A stretch of 64,000 bases of DNA from Candidatus Kaiserbacteria bacterium (GCA_016217925.1 JACRFK010000005.1:44170-108169), one strand, 5' to 3'. Shown: positions 47,684-57,619, numbered from the stretch's first letter. Numbers and translations: made by a program. The notes: generated by a model not told the origin, from the sequence alone.

Positions 47684-48181
47684 ATGCGCGATCTGGAAGA
47701 TCCGTTCGCGCAAGATAGGGAAATTGGCGAGCGGTGGGCAGCGATTGTATCCGAGCACAGAGAACGAAACATCGAGACGAAGAAAGGTCTCGAGCTGAAA
47801 GTCAAAGCAGTGCCAGTAGAAAAACGGCGCGCTGAATACAATGCATATCTTCCAGATGGCAGACACATCGTCTGGATGTATACAGGCGCGATACGAAAAG
47901 GCTATTCGCGTGTTACCAACGCAAATGTCGATCCTCACACCCTGAAAGAGATATCCGAATTCAGGCAGATTGGGATTGGCACCGCACTCTACGACCTCAT
48001 TGAATCCGATATCAAAGCAGCGGGCGGAAGAGGTTTGGAACCGGATTGGGGAGCGATGAACGAAGACGCTATCGAATTCTGGAAAAAACGCCGGCCGGAA
48101 CTTTCAGATAAGCTCACAGCCTATGGTCCGCACGGTAGTGCGCGCATGCCGTACGAGAAGTGGACTCAAAGTGGAGATTGA
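47684..48181 (+). CDS. Hypothetical protein, GNAT-like
   Basis: EFRQIGIGTALY and AIEFWKK motifs. Confidence 0.6.
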   Translation: MRDLEDPFAQDREIGERWAAIVSEHRERNIETKKGLELKVKAVPVEKRRAEYNAYLPDGRHIVWMYTGAIRKGYSRVTNANVDPHTLKEISEFRQIGIGTALYDLIESDIKAAGGRGLEPDWGAMNEDAIEFWKKRRPELSDKLTAYGPHGSARMPYEKWTQSGD

Positions 48182-48210
48182 CATTTTGGCGCGGGAGAGT
48201 ATAATGGGCC

Positions 48211-49257
48211 ATGGCAGCTAAGATTCTCAAGGAGGGTTTTACATTCGACGACGTCCTCATCCGGCCGGGGGCCTCCAAGATGGAGCCGGCAGAAGCGTCT
48301 CTCAAAACAAAAATAGCAGGCATCGAGCTCTCGGTGCCGTTTCTCTCCGCCGCGATGGATCGCGTGACGGAAGAGGAGATGGCGATAGCACTCGGCAAAC
48401 TCGGGGGCCTTGGCGTCATCCACCGCAACTGCTCTATAGAGGTGCAGGTGAAAATAGTCAAACACGTGAAAGATGCGGGAGTGAAAGTTGCCGCCGCATG
48501 CGGGCCGTTTGCCGCAGACAGGGCGAAAGCACTTGATGAGGCGGGATGTGATGCCATCGTTATAGATTGCGCGCACGGACACAATTTGAATGTGGTAGAG
48601 AGTGCGCGGAAGATAAAGAAAAGTCTTAAACACGCAAAAATGATTTTCGGCAACATCGCGACAGGCGAAGCGGCAAAAGCCGTGTGCCAGTTCGCCGACG
48701 CCGTCAAAGTCGGCGTCGGCCCCGGAAGCATCTGCACGACGCGCCTTATCTCGGGTGTGGGCGTGCCCCAGCTCTCGGCCGTGCTCGACGTCGTCTCCGT
48801 CGCCCGCAAATACAAAGTTCCCGTCATCGCCGACGGCGGTATCCGCACCTCGGGTGATATCGCCAAGGCGCTCGCCGCAGGTGCATCGGCAGTCATGCTC
48901 GGTAATCTCTTTGCAGGCACCGACGAATCGCCGGGCAGCATCGTCGAGAAAGACGGCAGAAAATTCAAAGAATACCGCGGCATGGGCTCGCAGGCGGTCA
49001 TCAAAAGCGCATCCGGCTCTGAGCGCTATTTCACCCACGGACGCAAAGCGGTGCCCGAGGGCGTCGAAGCACTCGTGCCTTACAAAGGACCGGTGGGGGA
49101 GATAGTCGCGACGCTTGCATCCGGTGTGCAGGTAGGCATGGGCTATGTCGGCGCAAAGACCATTCCCGAATTCGAAAAGAAAGCGCAGTTCATCCGCATC
49201 ACACATGCTGCAATTGCCGAAGGCAGGCCGCACTCGCTTTCAGGCATCACCGGCTAA
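48211..49257 (+). CDS. guaB: IMP dehydrogenase lacking CBS domains
   Basis: TFDDVLI, GVGPGSICTT, ADGGI, YRGMGS, PEGVE. Confidence 0.93.
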   Translation: MAAKILKEGFTFDDVLIRPGASKMEPAEASLKTKIAGIELSVPFLSAAMDRVTEEEMAIALGKLGGLGVIHRNCSIEVQVKIVKHVKDAGVKVAAACGPFAADRAKALDEAGCDAIVIDCAHGHNLNVVESARKIKKSLKHAKMIFGNIATGEAAKAVCQFADAVKVGVGPGSICTTRLISGVGVPQLSAVLDVVSVARKYKVPVIADGGIRTSGDIAKALAAGASAVMLGNLFAGTDESPGSIVEKDGRKFKEYRGMGSQAVIKSASGSERYFTHGRKAVPEGVEALVPYKGPVGEIVATLASGVQVGMGYVGAKTIPEFEKKAQFIRITHAAIAEGRPHSLSGITG

Positions 49258-49264
49258 GGAACGT

Positions 49265-49681
49265 ATGCAATCGAGTAACGCTCGCATTACATTACTTTTC
49301 GCACTCTCCGTCGCAGGGCTTCTTTTTTCGGGTTACTTAAGTGCAGTCAAGTTTTTCTCGGAAGTTTGTGCGCTCAACGAGCAGTGCCCGTATTTTCTCG
49401 GCTACCCGGCGTGCTATTTCGGATTCGCGATGTACCTCACCATGACGATACTCACTGCCCAATTTTTCTTGGGAGGTCTGACGCGTTCGGTGGCGCTCAA
49501 CGCGCTGAAGGTTGTCTCAGGAGCCGGCATCATCTTTGCCGGATACTTTACACTCCAGGAATTGCCGCGGCTCTTTGCAGGGGGTCTCTCCGCGTACGTT
49601 CTGGGGCTCCCGACGTGTGCCTACGGGCTCCTGGTCTACATCGCTATTTTTTGCATCGCTTTTGCGGCCCATCGCGAATAA
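49265..49681 (+). CDS. Four-TM membrane protein with conserved-looking Cys (VKOR/DsbB-like)
   Basis: C....C..LGYPACYFG; LGLPTCAYG. Confidence 0.6.
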   Translation: MQSSNARITLLFALSVAGLLFSGYLSAVKFFSEVCALNEQCPYFLGYPACYFGFAMYLTMTILTAQFFLGGLTRSVALNALKVVSGAGIIFAGYFTLQELPRLFAGGLSAYVLGLPTCAYGLLVYIAIFCIAFAAHRE

Positions 49682-49784
49682 CGGGTGCGGCGGCTATACA
49701 CAGCCCCACCGTTTTTCTCCGCGAGGACGCGTACAATAATGGGGATAAGGCAGTACCCATTTATTACTTAGACCTATTTATACT

Positions 49785-50279
49785 ATGGAGAATTTCTTGG
49801 CAGCGGCAGCAGCGGGTATCGCAGCGGTCTTCGGCGGTTTCGGCGGCGGTGATAACAAGATGCCGCCACCCCAGCGCAACGCAGTACAGAATGAAATAAA
49901 ATTGCAGGCCTCGACGACCGCACGCGGCTCTTTTGACATCGCATGTATTGCCGCAGCGGTTGCCGCGCGCGAGGCAGCACTCGCTAGTGCGGCATCAGCC
50001 AATGCGCAAGCGCTTACTTCCGCATATTCGGCTCGTGCGTCCGCACTTGCGACTGCATACACGCAGACGGAGAAAGAGGCTATCAAAAAGTCAGTGAAAT
50101 CATCATGGGCGAATTTCGGTGCGGCGCTTCGGCTCGCGCAGCGTGGCTGGAAGAATGCGCAGAAGACCGCGTGGACGCAATTCAAGACCGCCATCAAAGC
50201 ATGCGGCCCCGCCGCCTCATCTGTTGCCGACACGTCCAATGCAGGGGCGGATGAGAAAGCCGGCGCCGGGTCGGATTGA
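49785..50279 (+). CDS. Ala-rich helical hypothetical protein
   Basis: ACIAAAVAARE..W..F repeats; followed by a terminator at about 50306-50334. Confidence 0.7.
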   Translation: MENFLAAAAAGIAAVFGGFGGGDNKMPPPQRNAVQNEIKLQASTTARGSFDIACIAAAVAAREAALASAASANAQALTSAYSARASALATAYTQTEKEAIKKSVKSSWANFGAALRLAQRGWKNAQKTAWTQFKTAIKACGPAASSVADTSNAGADEKAGAGSD

Positions 50280-50356
50280 GGTTAAGCGATAAAACGAGTA
50301 TTATGAGTGCGCGCCCGAAAGGCGCGCACTTTTTGCAGGTTGCGGAGTGCAAACAT

Positions 50357-50427
50357 TGCCAGATCGTCTAATGGTAGGACCTCTGCCTCTGGAGCAGAGT
50401 ATCTTGGTTCGAATCCAAGTCTGGCAG
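50357..50427 (+). tRNA. tRNA-Gln(CTG)
   Basis: tctgc-ct-CTG-ga-gcaga; TGCCAGA/TCTGGCA-G. Confidence 0.96.
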
Positions 50428-50517
50428 TTTGTAAGTGTAAAATAGATTTATGACAGTTGATAAAACGCGACTTGGGAAACAACCATTTCCGCCAGACAAG
50501 GTGGCCGAAATGTAATT

Positions 50518-51006
50518 ATGCAAGCGGCCCAATTGGACGGATTGTTAGACAAAGATAAGTGTCAGGTCTTTCTTTTTACATGCCCCGCGACGTTGCCTTT
50601 TAGCTTCAGCCCGCACCCCTGGTTCATAGTGAATCAAAAAGGAACCATCTCACGGTGGGAGATTTTCTGGTGGCCGGAAAAACAATGGAACCTGAGATGG
50701 GGACATTTGCACAAAGATTTTTATCAGCCTCTGGAAGGGATCCCACTTTTGTTCTTCTTACCCAGACTTCTTTGGCCGCAGCACCGTCTTTTGGGTTATA
50801 TCGAGGGCGGTGATGATTCGATTGCTGCGCGCATGGCGGACACCATTATGAATTCTTTCCGCACCTACCCATATTGTCACCAATATCTCCTACGCGGCCC
50901 CAACAGCAACAGTTATGTGCAGTGGGTTCTCGATAAATTTCCCGACTCGGGATTGCGCCTGCCCTGGAACGCTTTCGGTAAAGCGGCAGCTCGCAAGACG
51001 GTCTAA
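50518..51006 (+). CDS. DUF3750-like protein
   Basis: HPWF..RWEI; YPY...Y...GPNSNSYV.W; LPWNAFGK. Confidence 0.7.
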   Translation: MQAAQLDGLLDKDKCQVFLFTCPATLPFSFSPHPWFIVNQKGTISRWEIFWWPEKQWNLRWGHLHKDFYQPLEGIPLLFFLPRLLWPQHRLLGYIEGGDDSIAARMADTIMNSFRTYPYCHQYLLRGPNSNSYVQWVLDKFPDSGLRLPWNAFGKAAARKTV

Positions 51007-51080
51007 ACAGTTTCCTCAAGAGTTTGAAGTGTGATTCCAACGTCGTCCCAGACCCCAGTCTGTAAGCTACACTAAGCAGT

Positions 51081-51662
51081 ATGGATACCGTGTTAAATTT
51101 GCTTCTCAATGTTACCCCGATTGAACTGGTTGCCGGTCTCGGGTATCTCTTCGGCCATATATTGCTATCAAAAGGCTTAACAAGCGGATGGATAATAAGA
51201 ATAGCCGGAGGCATAGCCTGGGTAATCTTTCTCATTTTGAATAAAAACTACATCTTCATGGCGGTAACGACAGTCATAGTGTTGGCGATGTTTTACGGAT
51301 TGTACAAGTGGCGAAGTGGAGAGTTCGATAAGCGATCTACTCTCGACATTTTCTTCGAAGTTCTCGCCTGGATAGTAGCGGCAGTGGTGATAAGTTATTT
51401 TTTAATTTCACAAAATTATTCGCTGAACGAATTATTGCAAACAGCCATTGTCATTCTTGAGATATCGGGAACAATGCTCCTTGCACGAAAGCTCGTACTT
51501 GGTTGGTATGCATATATAGTTATGAGTACGCTTGTTGCCGTATTGATTATATTCATCAATCCGCAGCCCGCGCCAGTTCTCGGTCTATTAGAACTAGCAT
51601 CAATATATTTTTACATCCAAGGAATTACTAACAATCGTCTGCGTTCAGAGCTGGCGGTCTAA
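51081..51662 (+). CDS. Multi-TM membrane protein, PnuC-like
   Basis: Several TM helices with an internal repeat (LLSKGLTSGW / LLARKLVLGW); YGLYKW; AT-rich. Confidence 0.55.
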   Translation: MDTVLNLLLNVTPIELVAGLGYLFGHILLSKGLTSGWIIRIAGGIAWVIFLILNKNYIFMAVTTVIVLAMFYGLYKWRSGEFDKRSTLDIFFEVLAWIVAAVVISYFLISQNYSLNELLQTAIVILEISGTMLLARKLVLGWYAYIVMSTLVAVLIIFINPQPAPVLGLLELASIYFYIQGITNNRLRSELAV

Positions 51663-51719
51663 CTCACCACACGCTCAATAAAAGTTCTAACGTTGTACCA
51701 AACCCTCACTTAACAAAGT

Positions 51720-52172
51720 ATGACGGCAAACATCACATTACGAAAAGCAACCACGGCTGATATAGAAGCGTACATTGCTATAGACAGAAAAGTTGGTAGC
51801 AGAAGGTATATGCCAATGCTTGAAGAAAAGGAGGTCTTGGAGTACATGGCGAAAGGCCCGGTGTATATGATTACGAGGGGTGAGGAGGTAGTCGGGACTG
51901 TCTCTTACGAAATTAAAGAAGACGAGAGCGTATATATTAGCGGTCTTGCAGTTGACCCGAAGTATCAGGGGCAGGGAATCGGTCGGGAGACACTTCGGCG
52001 AATCCTTGAAGAAGTCAAAGATGCCCGAAAGGTTGAACTCCTTACGCACCCCGATAACGCAAACGCGATTAACCTCTATGAATCTTTCGGCTTTAAGGTT
52101 ACAGGACGAAAAGAGAACCACTTTGGAGACAGGGAGCCCAGGATAGTCTTAACACTGGTAAGGGGCCAATGA
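51720..52172 (+). CDS. GNAT acetyltransferase (RimI-like)
   Basis: LAVDPKYQGQGIG, NANAINLYESFGF. Confidence 0.92.
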   Translation: MTANITLRKATTADIEAYIAIDRKVGSRRYMPMLEEKEVLEYMAKGPVYMITRGEEVVGTVSYEIKEDESVYISGLAVDPKYQGQGIGRETLRRILEEVKDARKVELLTHPDNANAINLYESFGFKVTGRKENHFGDREPRIVLTLVRGQ

Positions 52173-52248
52173 GGTTCCGACATCGTATCAGACTCGCGGT
52201 CAGCATAAAACTCGCGTCGGAATCCCGAACGTCGGCCGACACTTGTCC

Positions 52249-52278
52249 TATGCTAGTGTTTTGCAAAACACTAGCATA
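52249..52278. promoter_or_regulatory. 30-bp perfect palindrome, probable operator
   Basis: tatgctagtgttttg|caaaacactagcata, just upstream of TAGAAT and the ATG. Confidence 0.75.
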
Positions 52279-52293
52279 AGGTAGAATACGGGG

Positions 52294-52572
52294 ATGGCGA
52301 GCGGGAAAAACTATAGGCAAATCGAACGCATCGTGAAAGGATTCGCGAGCCACCGGCGGCTTCAGATTTTGGATCTTCTGAAGCGCGAACCGGAGTTGTC
52401 TGTGGAAGATATTTCCGAACGCCTCGTTTTGGGCTATGAGAATACGTCCGACCATGTGCGCAAGCTTGCGATAGCCGGCTTGGTGATGAAACGCAACGAG
52501 GGGAGCGCCGTGCGGCACAAGCTCACCCCGCGAGCCGAAGCTATACTAGTGTTTTGCAAAAGACTAGTATAA
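52294..52572 (+). CDS. ArsR-like winged-HTH regulator
   Basis: FASHRRLQILDLL..LSVEDIS..SDHVRKLAIAGLV. Confidence 0.88.
   Translation: MASGKNYRQIERIVKGFASHRRLQILDLLKREPELSVEDISERLVLGYENTSDHVRKLAIAGLVMKRNEGSAVRHKLTPRAEAILVFCKRLV
52542..52571. repeat. Second copy of the palindrome, forming the last codons of the ArsR-like gene
   Basis: tatactagtgttttg|caaaagactagtata. Confidence 0.8.
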
Positions 52573-52601
52573 GGGGAAGGCAAACACGGTCAACAAGTCG
52601 T

Positions 52602-52946
52602 ATGGAACAAATAGCATGGAATGATTTTGATAAGGTGGATATCCGGGTGGGGAAGATTATTGAAATTCTGGATTTTCCCGAAGCCCGGAAGCCTGCCTAT
52701 AAATTACAGATAGATTTTGGGCCTGAAGTCGGTATCAAGTGCTCAAGCGTCCAGGTCGTCGGGGCACATACCAAAGAAGAACTGTTGAATTCACTGGTCT
52801 GCTGCGTCGTGAACTTTCCTCCCAAACAGGTCGGCCCTTTTACTTCGGAAGTACTGACGCTCGGCTTCAAAAATACCGCAGGAGATGGGTGGGTACTCAT
52901 CGAGCCGAAGAGTGATTCCGTGGATATCGGAAGCAAGCTCGCGTAA
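52602..52946 (+). CDS. csaA: tRNA-binding protein / chaperone CsaA
   Basis: DFDKVDIRVG, ARKPAYKL.IDFG, VVNFPPKQVGPFTSEVLTLG. Confidence 0.9.
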   Translation: MEQIAWNDFDKVDIRVGKIIEILDFPEARKPAYKLQIDFGPEVGIKCSSVQVVGAHTKEELLNSLVCCVVNFPPKQVGPFTSEVLTLGFKNTAGDGWVLIEPKSDSVDIGSKLA

Positions 52947-53015
52947 AATGAGTCTGTAAAGTGCCTTTGACATGTTCGCGCGGCGGCTATATGCTGAAGC
53001 GGTAGCAAAAAAGCG

Positions 53016-53228
53016 ATGGCAGAATATATTACAAACGCCGTGTACACCTTACGCACCAAAAAAGGCTTAACCCAGGAAGCGTTGGCGGAGAAGGCCGGTA
53101 TCACGCGCCAAACCGTCATTTCTATTGAGAAGGGGAACTACACCCCCTCAGTTCTCCTCGCACTCAAGATAGCGTCCGTCTTCAAAGTTCCGGTCGAAGA
53201 CGTTTTTCATATTTCGTATGGTAAATAA
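53016..53228 (+). CDS. XRE/Cro-family HTH regulator
   Basis: TQEALA..GITRQTVISIEKGNYTPS. Confidence 0.93.
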   Translation: MAEYITNAVYTLRTKKGLTQEALAEKAGITRQTVISIEKGNYTPSVLLALKIASVFKVPVEDVFHISYGK

Positions 53229-53580
53229 ATTCTCCCACATCGGCACGGCGATAGTCTTGGTGGGGCTCCTCACGCTCCTTTCCGATCCGTTTATGTTGTG
53301 GATGCCGAGCGTTGCCCAAATGACGGTCCTGCTCGGTGCGGCGGTGCTTGCGTGCGTCTGGGCGGGTTTTGTCATGTATGAGAGGTCGGGCGATGAGCGC
53401 GAAGCATTTCATAAAATGCATGCGGGGCGCGTCGCATATCTCTCCGGCATTGCCGTGCTGACCGTCGCACTGGTCGTTCAGGGCTTTGCCCACGCTATTG
53501 ACCCGTGGATATCTGCGGCTCTCGGGGTAATGGTTGTCTCCAAACTCGTCGCCCGCTTCTACTCCGAGCGGTACCGGTAG
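53218..53580 (+). CDS. Membrane protein (DUF2178-like)
   Basis: DERE motif between TM helices; coupled to the XRE gene. Confidence 0.7.
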   Translation: MVNKFSHIGTAIVLVGLLTLLSDPFMLWMPSVAQMTVLLGAAVLACVWAGFVMYERSGDEREAFHKMHAGRVAYLSGIAVLTVALVVQGFAHAIDPWISAALGVMVVSKLVARFYSERYR

Positions 53581-53653
53581 GGTGTGTAAAGCCGACTTTA
53601 CATTTCATTTCATGCCCTCTATACTGGTGGCATTGGTATTAGTAGATAAAAAA

Positions 53654-54148
53654 ATGCGTATGGATACGACAAAAGTACTTATTATCGGTGCAGTAATCAT
53701 TCTCCTCGGCGGTATCGGCTGGTTCGCCGTTTCAGAGAGCAAGGGAGACGGCGCCATGATGGAAAAACCCACCGTCGCTCAAGCGATGGAGGGCAAGAAC
53801 GAAGAGGTAGTGGCGGACAAGGGAGACACGATGATGCGTAAGGGCTCGTACGAAATCTATAGCCCCGAAAAGCTTGCGCTCGCGGCAAGCGGAGACGTGC
53901 TCTTATTCTTCCACGCGGCATGGTGCCCTATTTGTCGGGGCATTGAATCAGAAATCAACGCGGATATGTCCAAGATACCCGACGGCGTTCATATCCTTAA
54001 GGTAGATTACGATACGGCGATAGCACTTCGCCAAAAGTATGGTGTTACGGTACAGCACACGTTTGTGCAGGTAGATGCCTCCGGCAACGCTCTTCAGAAA
54101 TTCAACAACGCTTCAAGTCTTTCCGGCGTGCTTGCGCGGATACAATAA
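53654..54148 (+). CDS. Membrane-anchored thioredoxin-like protein
   Basis: FFHAAWCPIC; KYGVTVQHT. Confidence 0.9.
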   Translation: MRMDTTKVLIIGAVIILLGGIGWFAVSESKGDGAMMEKPTVAQAMEGKNEEVVADKGDTMMRKGSYEIYSPEKLALAASGDVLLFFHAAWCPICRGIESEINADMSKIPDGVHILKVDYDTAIALRQKYGVTVQHTFVQVDASGNALQKFNNASSLSGVLARIQ

Positions 54149-54149
54149 C

Positions 54150-54875
54150 ATGGCACTTCTCGTTGTTTCGTTCGTAGCGGGAGTACTCACAGTGCTTGCG
54201 CCGTGCATTCTCCCGCTCCTGCCCGTAGTCGTCGGCTCCTCCGCCTCGGGGAGGAGCCGCGCGACCCCGTACATCGTTGTCGGCTCACTCGCGGTTTCAA
54301 TTATCCTCTTCACGTACCTCCTGAAAGCGTCGACGGCGTTTATCATGGTGCCGCCGTATGTATGGACCTATCTCTCGGGAGGTATTATCGGGATTTTCGG
54401 TCTTACCCTTTTGTTCCCGGCTCTATGGGAAAAGGTTCCCGGCCTTGCTAAACTTTCCGCTAATTCGAATACGCTCATGGGCGCCGGTTTCCGGAAAAAA
54501 GGTTTCTGGGGTGATGCGCTCGTAGGAGCAGCGCTCGGGCCTGTTTTCTCGACATGCTCGCCGACGTATTTCGTCATTCTTGCATCGGTTCTTCCCGTGA
54601 GTTTTGCGTTGGGAACGCTCTACCTGCTCTCCTATACGCTGGGGCTTTCGCTCGCGCTCCTTCTCATCGGCCTCATCGGCGAGCGGCTCGTGAGCAGAAT
54701 CTCACCGCTCTCGGATTCTCGCGGGTATTTCAAACGGGCGATAGGGCTCCTTTTTCTGGTCCTCGGTTTCTCGATAGCTCTTGGCTACGAGAAAAAACTG
54801 GAGATTGCGATCCTGGATAGCGGATACTTCGATATCACGAAGCTTGAACAGGTGCTTCTCCAAAAAGTAAACTAG
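54150..54875 (+). CDS. CcdA/DsbD-family transmembrane disulfide reductase
   Basis: LAPCILPLLP and STCSP. Confidence 0.9.
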   Translation: MALLVVSFVAGVLTVLAPCILPLLPVVVGSSASGRSRATPYIVVGSLAVSIILFTYLLKASTAFIMVPPYVWTYLSGGIIGIFGLTLLFPALWEKVPGLAKLSANSNTLMGAGFRKKGFWGDALVGAALGPVFSTCSPTYFVILASVLPVSFALGTLYLLSYTLGLSLALLLIGLIGERLVSRISPLSDSRGYFKRAIGLLFLVLGFSIALGYEKKLEIAILDSGYFDITKLEQVLLQKVN

Positions 54876-54876
54876 T

Positions 54877-55938
54877 ATGAAAGCCGTATACATCATAGGT
54901 ATAACACTCGTTGGGCTCGTCAGCATCGGACTCGCTTTTCTTTTTGCGCCCGCTGGCGCGAATCAAGACCCTGCACAGAAAGTCACCGCACAAGATGGCA
55001 CTGCGCAAGAAGTCGCCGCACAAAAAGGCACACCGTACGCGGAGATTGCAAATCCGTCCGGTTTTGTAAATACCGACGGCGTAACTATCGGGCAGCTGGT
55101 CGGTAAAAAGGTCATCTTGGTCGACTTCATGACATACAGCTGCATCAACTGCCAGCGTACGTTCCCGTATCTCGTCGCATGGTACGAGAAATACAAAGAC
55201 CAAGGACTTGAAATCGTCGGGATACATACGCCGGAATTCGCGTTTGAAAAGGATATCGGCAATGTGCGGGCGGCGATGAAGCGTTTCGGCATAACCTATC
55301 CGGTAGTGTTGGACAACGACTACGCCACCTGGCGCGCGTACGGCAATCAGTATTGGCCGCGCAAGTATCTCATCGATATACACGGCAACATAGTCTACGA
55401 CCACGCCGGCGAGGGCGCATACGAAGAGACCGAGATGAAGATACGGGGGCTTCTTCTAGAACGTTCGCGCCTACTCGGCGGGGGAAGCTTGAATGCGGGC
55501 AATCTGGCGGCTTCTCAGATGCCGGGTATTCAAAACGCCGCGCGAAGCCCCGAGACGTACTTCGGTTCACTGCGCAATGAGTACCTCGCAAACGGCACTC
55601 CCGGCCGGTCCGGCGAACAAAGATTTTCTGTTCCGCAATCTTCCGCGCGCAACGCGCTCTACTTGGGCGGCACATGGAACATCATGCCGGAGTATGCGGA
55701 ATCAATCTCAAGCGCTTCAGTCTTTTACAAATACCACGCAAAGGCCGTGTACATTGTTGCGGAGGCGGATACGGCGGCGGAGCTTGAGGTCTGGCAGGAC
55801 GGCGTATTGCAGAGGACCCTGCGCATACAAGAGAGTACGCTGTATACGCTAATTCAAGACGAAACAGGAGGCGAACACGAGTTGGAGTTGCGGGTGAAAG
55901 ATAGTCGCATCCGTTTGTATGCGTTTACCTTCGGATGA
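54877..55938 (+). CDS. DipZ-like thioredoxin (redoxin plus C-terminal domain)
   Basis: DFMTYSCINC, HTPEFAFEK, NQYWP, SPETYFG, YAFTFG. Confidence 0.9.
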   Translation: MKAVYIIGITLVGLVSIGLAFLFAPAGANQDPAQKVTAQDGTAQEVAAQKGTPYAEIANPSGFVNTDGVTIGQLVGKKVILVDFMTYSCINCQRTFPYLVAWYEKYKDQGLEIVGIHTPEFAFEKDIGNVRAAMKRFGITYPVVLDNDYATWRAYGNQYWPRKYLIDIHGNIVYDHAGEGAYEETEMKIRGLLLERSRLLGGGSLNAGNLAASQMPGIQNAARSPETYFGSLRNEYLANGTPGRSGEQRFSVPQSSARNALYLGGTWNIMPEYAESISSASVFYKYHAKAVYIVAEADTAAELEVWQDGVLQRTLRIQESTLYTLIQDETGGEHELELRVKDSRIRLYAFTFG

Positions 55939-55997
55939 AAAGTCCGTGCGTAGCGGGACACTGGAAGTGTTTATCTCACGGGGTATACTCTCTCAAT

Positions 55998-57044
55998 ATG
56001 ATGCAAACAGAGAGGCTCCGGCCATACTTTTTGATGATAGTGCTCGCGGCGGCTCTCGTGCTGACCGCTTTTATATTCGCACCCTTTTTCCAGCCGCTTG
56101 CGCTTGCTGCGGTGTTTGCGGTGGTGCTGCAAGGACTCTGTAGAAGGATTTCAGGTCTTCTCGGCGGGTGGCCGAGCGTCGCCGCCTTGCTCACGGTCAT
56201 CGTGAGCGTCGTTCTCATACTGCTCCCGCTCTCGCTCGTCGGCGTGCTCGTGGGCAACGAAGCGCGCGAGATGTACTTCTCGCTCGAAGAGGGAAGCGGC
56301 CGCAGCACCATATCAGAACTCTTCTTGCGCGTAGATGAATCCTTCGGCGGCGCAATCCCCGGCCTCAGTGAATTTGCCCGCGACATCTCGGCCAACGTGG
56401 ATACGTATACAAAAGAAGCTTTGCAGTGGATTACCTCTCATGCGGGAGATATTTTCTCAAGCATCTCTTCGCTCCTCCTCTCGTTCTTCATTTTTTTCAT
56501 CGCGCTCTACTACCTGCTGCGCGACGGCAAGCGCGTGCGGCAAATGCTCATCGAGCTCTCACCACTCAGCAATAGGGAAGATATGGGTGTCTTCGACCGA
56601 CTTGAGCTCGCGGTGAATTCCGTCATCAAAGGCAATCTCACGATAGCGCTCATACAGGGGATTCTCACGATGATAGGCTTCACGCTCTTCGGCGTGCCGA
56701 GCGCCGTCTTGTGGGGAACGGTGGCCGCCGTCGCGGCGCTCATCCCGGGCATCGGGACCGCGCTCGTCTTTATCCCCGCAGTTGCGTTCCTCTTTTTCAC
56801 CGGGGAAACACCGCCGGCGCTCGGACTTCTCGTGTGGGGCGCTTTTGCCGTGGGACTCGTCGACAACATTTTGAGTCCCAAGCTCATCGGCAGCGGGATG
56901 CGTCTCCACCCGATGCTTGTCCTCCTTGCGGTACTCGGCGGCATAATGTTCTTCGGCCCGATAGGCATCTTTCTCGGTCCCTTGGCGCTTAGCCTTCTCT
57001 TCGCACTTCTTTCGATATACGCCGATGTTTCGCGCCGGGCCTAG
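55998..57044 (+). CDS. AI-2E family transporter
   Basis: IPGIGTALV, DNILSPKL, GGIMFFGPIGIFLGP. Confidence 0.92.
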   Translation: MMQTERLRPYFLMIVLAAALVLTAFIFAPFFQPLALAAVFAVVLQGLCRRISGLLGGWPSVAALLTVIVSVVLILLPLSLVGVLVGNEAREMYFSLEEGSGRSTISELFLRVDESFGGAIPGLSEFARDISANVDTYTKEALQWITSHAGDIFSSISSLLLSFFIFFIALYYLLRDGKRVRQMLIELSPLSNREDMGVFDRLELAVNSVIKGNLTIALIQGILTMIGFTLFGVPSAVLWGTVAAVAALIPGIGTALVFIPAVAFLFFTGETPPALGLLVWGAFAVGLVDNILSPKLIGSGMRLHPMLVLLAVLGGIMFFGPIGIFLGPLALSLLFALLSIYADVSRRA

Positions 57045-57163
57045 AGCGCGTTTTAAACCCCATCTACTTCGTTGCGGGGTCCCAGCGTCGCCGTCGCCGT
57101 ACTTCTAGTACGTCTCCGTCGCCGCTATCCCTGCGCCTCGTATATGGGGTTTAAAACGCGCTC
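57042..57163. mobile_element. MITE-like element, TAGAGC..GCTC family, copy 3
   Basis: Perfect 20-bp TIR gagcgcgttttaaaccccat/atggggtttaaaacgcgctc; begins at the TAG of the AI-2E gene. Confidence 0.85.
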
Positions 57164-57193
57164 CAAAACGTCAGCACCGGAGTTTTCCACACC

Positions 57194-57221
57194 TTGACAT
57201 ACCCCCTGGGGGGTATATACT
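57194..57221 (+). promoter_or_regulatory. Sigma70 promoter with an embedded CsoR-type operator
   Basis: TTGACA-16 nt-TATACT with ataccccctggggggtat between the boxes. Confidence 0.88.
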
Positions 57222-57235
57222 CTTGCGGATATGGG

Positions 57236-57343
57236 CCCCGTTAGAGACCGCGGTCGCTCAAAATAATAATAGGACGCCTTTTACGCTAAAACATTTTATG
57301 TCTTTACGGAAAAACATACGACCGCGACCTGTCTCTAACGGGG
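57236..57343. mobile_element. MITE-like element, CCCCGTTAGA family, copy E, inserted in the csoR start codon
   Basis: TIR ccccgttagagac/gtctctaacgggg; TGGG duplicated at 57232-57235 and 57344-57347. Confidence 0.88.
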
Positions 57344-57618
57344 TGGGACATGCGCACAGCAAGAGCACGGAAAAAATAGTCCGTCGGCTCAAAATACTGG
57401 AGGGGCAGGTTCGCGGGCTTCAGGATATGATAAAAAACGATACATATTGTGTCGACGTCATTACGCAAACATCGGCGGTAAAGCAAGGCCTTTCGAATGT
57501 GGAGGATATGATACTAGAGAACCACCTTTCTACCTGCGTCGTCGACCAGATAAGGTCCGGAGACTCCAAGAAGGCAATCGGCGAAGTCTTAAAGGTCTAT
57601 ACGCTCAAACGCAAATAA
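57298..57618 (+). CDS. csoR: Copper-sensing repressor CsoR (start may instead be GTG 57343)
   Basis: [27 protein letters not shown]. Confidence 0.92.
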   Translation: MSLRKNIRPRPVSNGVGHAHSKSTEKIVRRLKILEGQVRGLQDMIKNDTYCVDVITQTSAVKQGLSNVEDMILENHLSTCVVDQIRSGDSKKAIGEVLKVYTLKRK

Positions 57619-57619
57619 T

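Noticed and set aside
48211-49257. guaB lacking CBS domains as a novelty
   Set aside because: CBS-less IMP dehydrogenases are already known.
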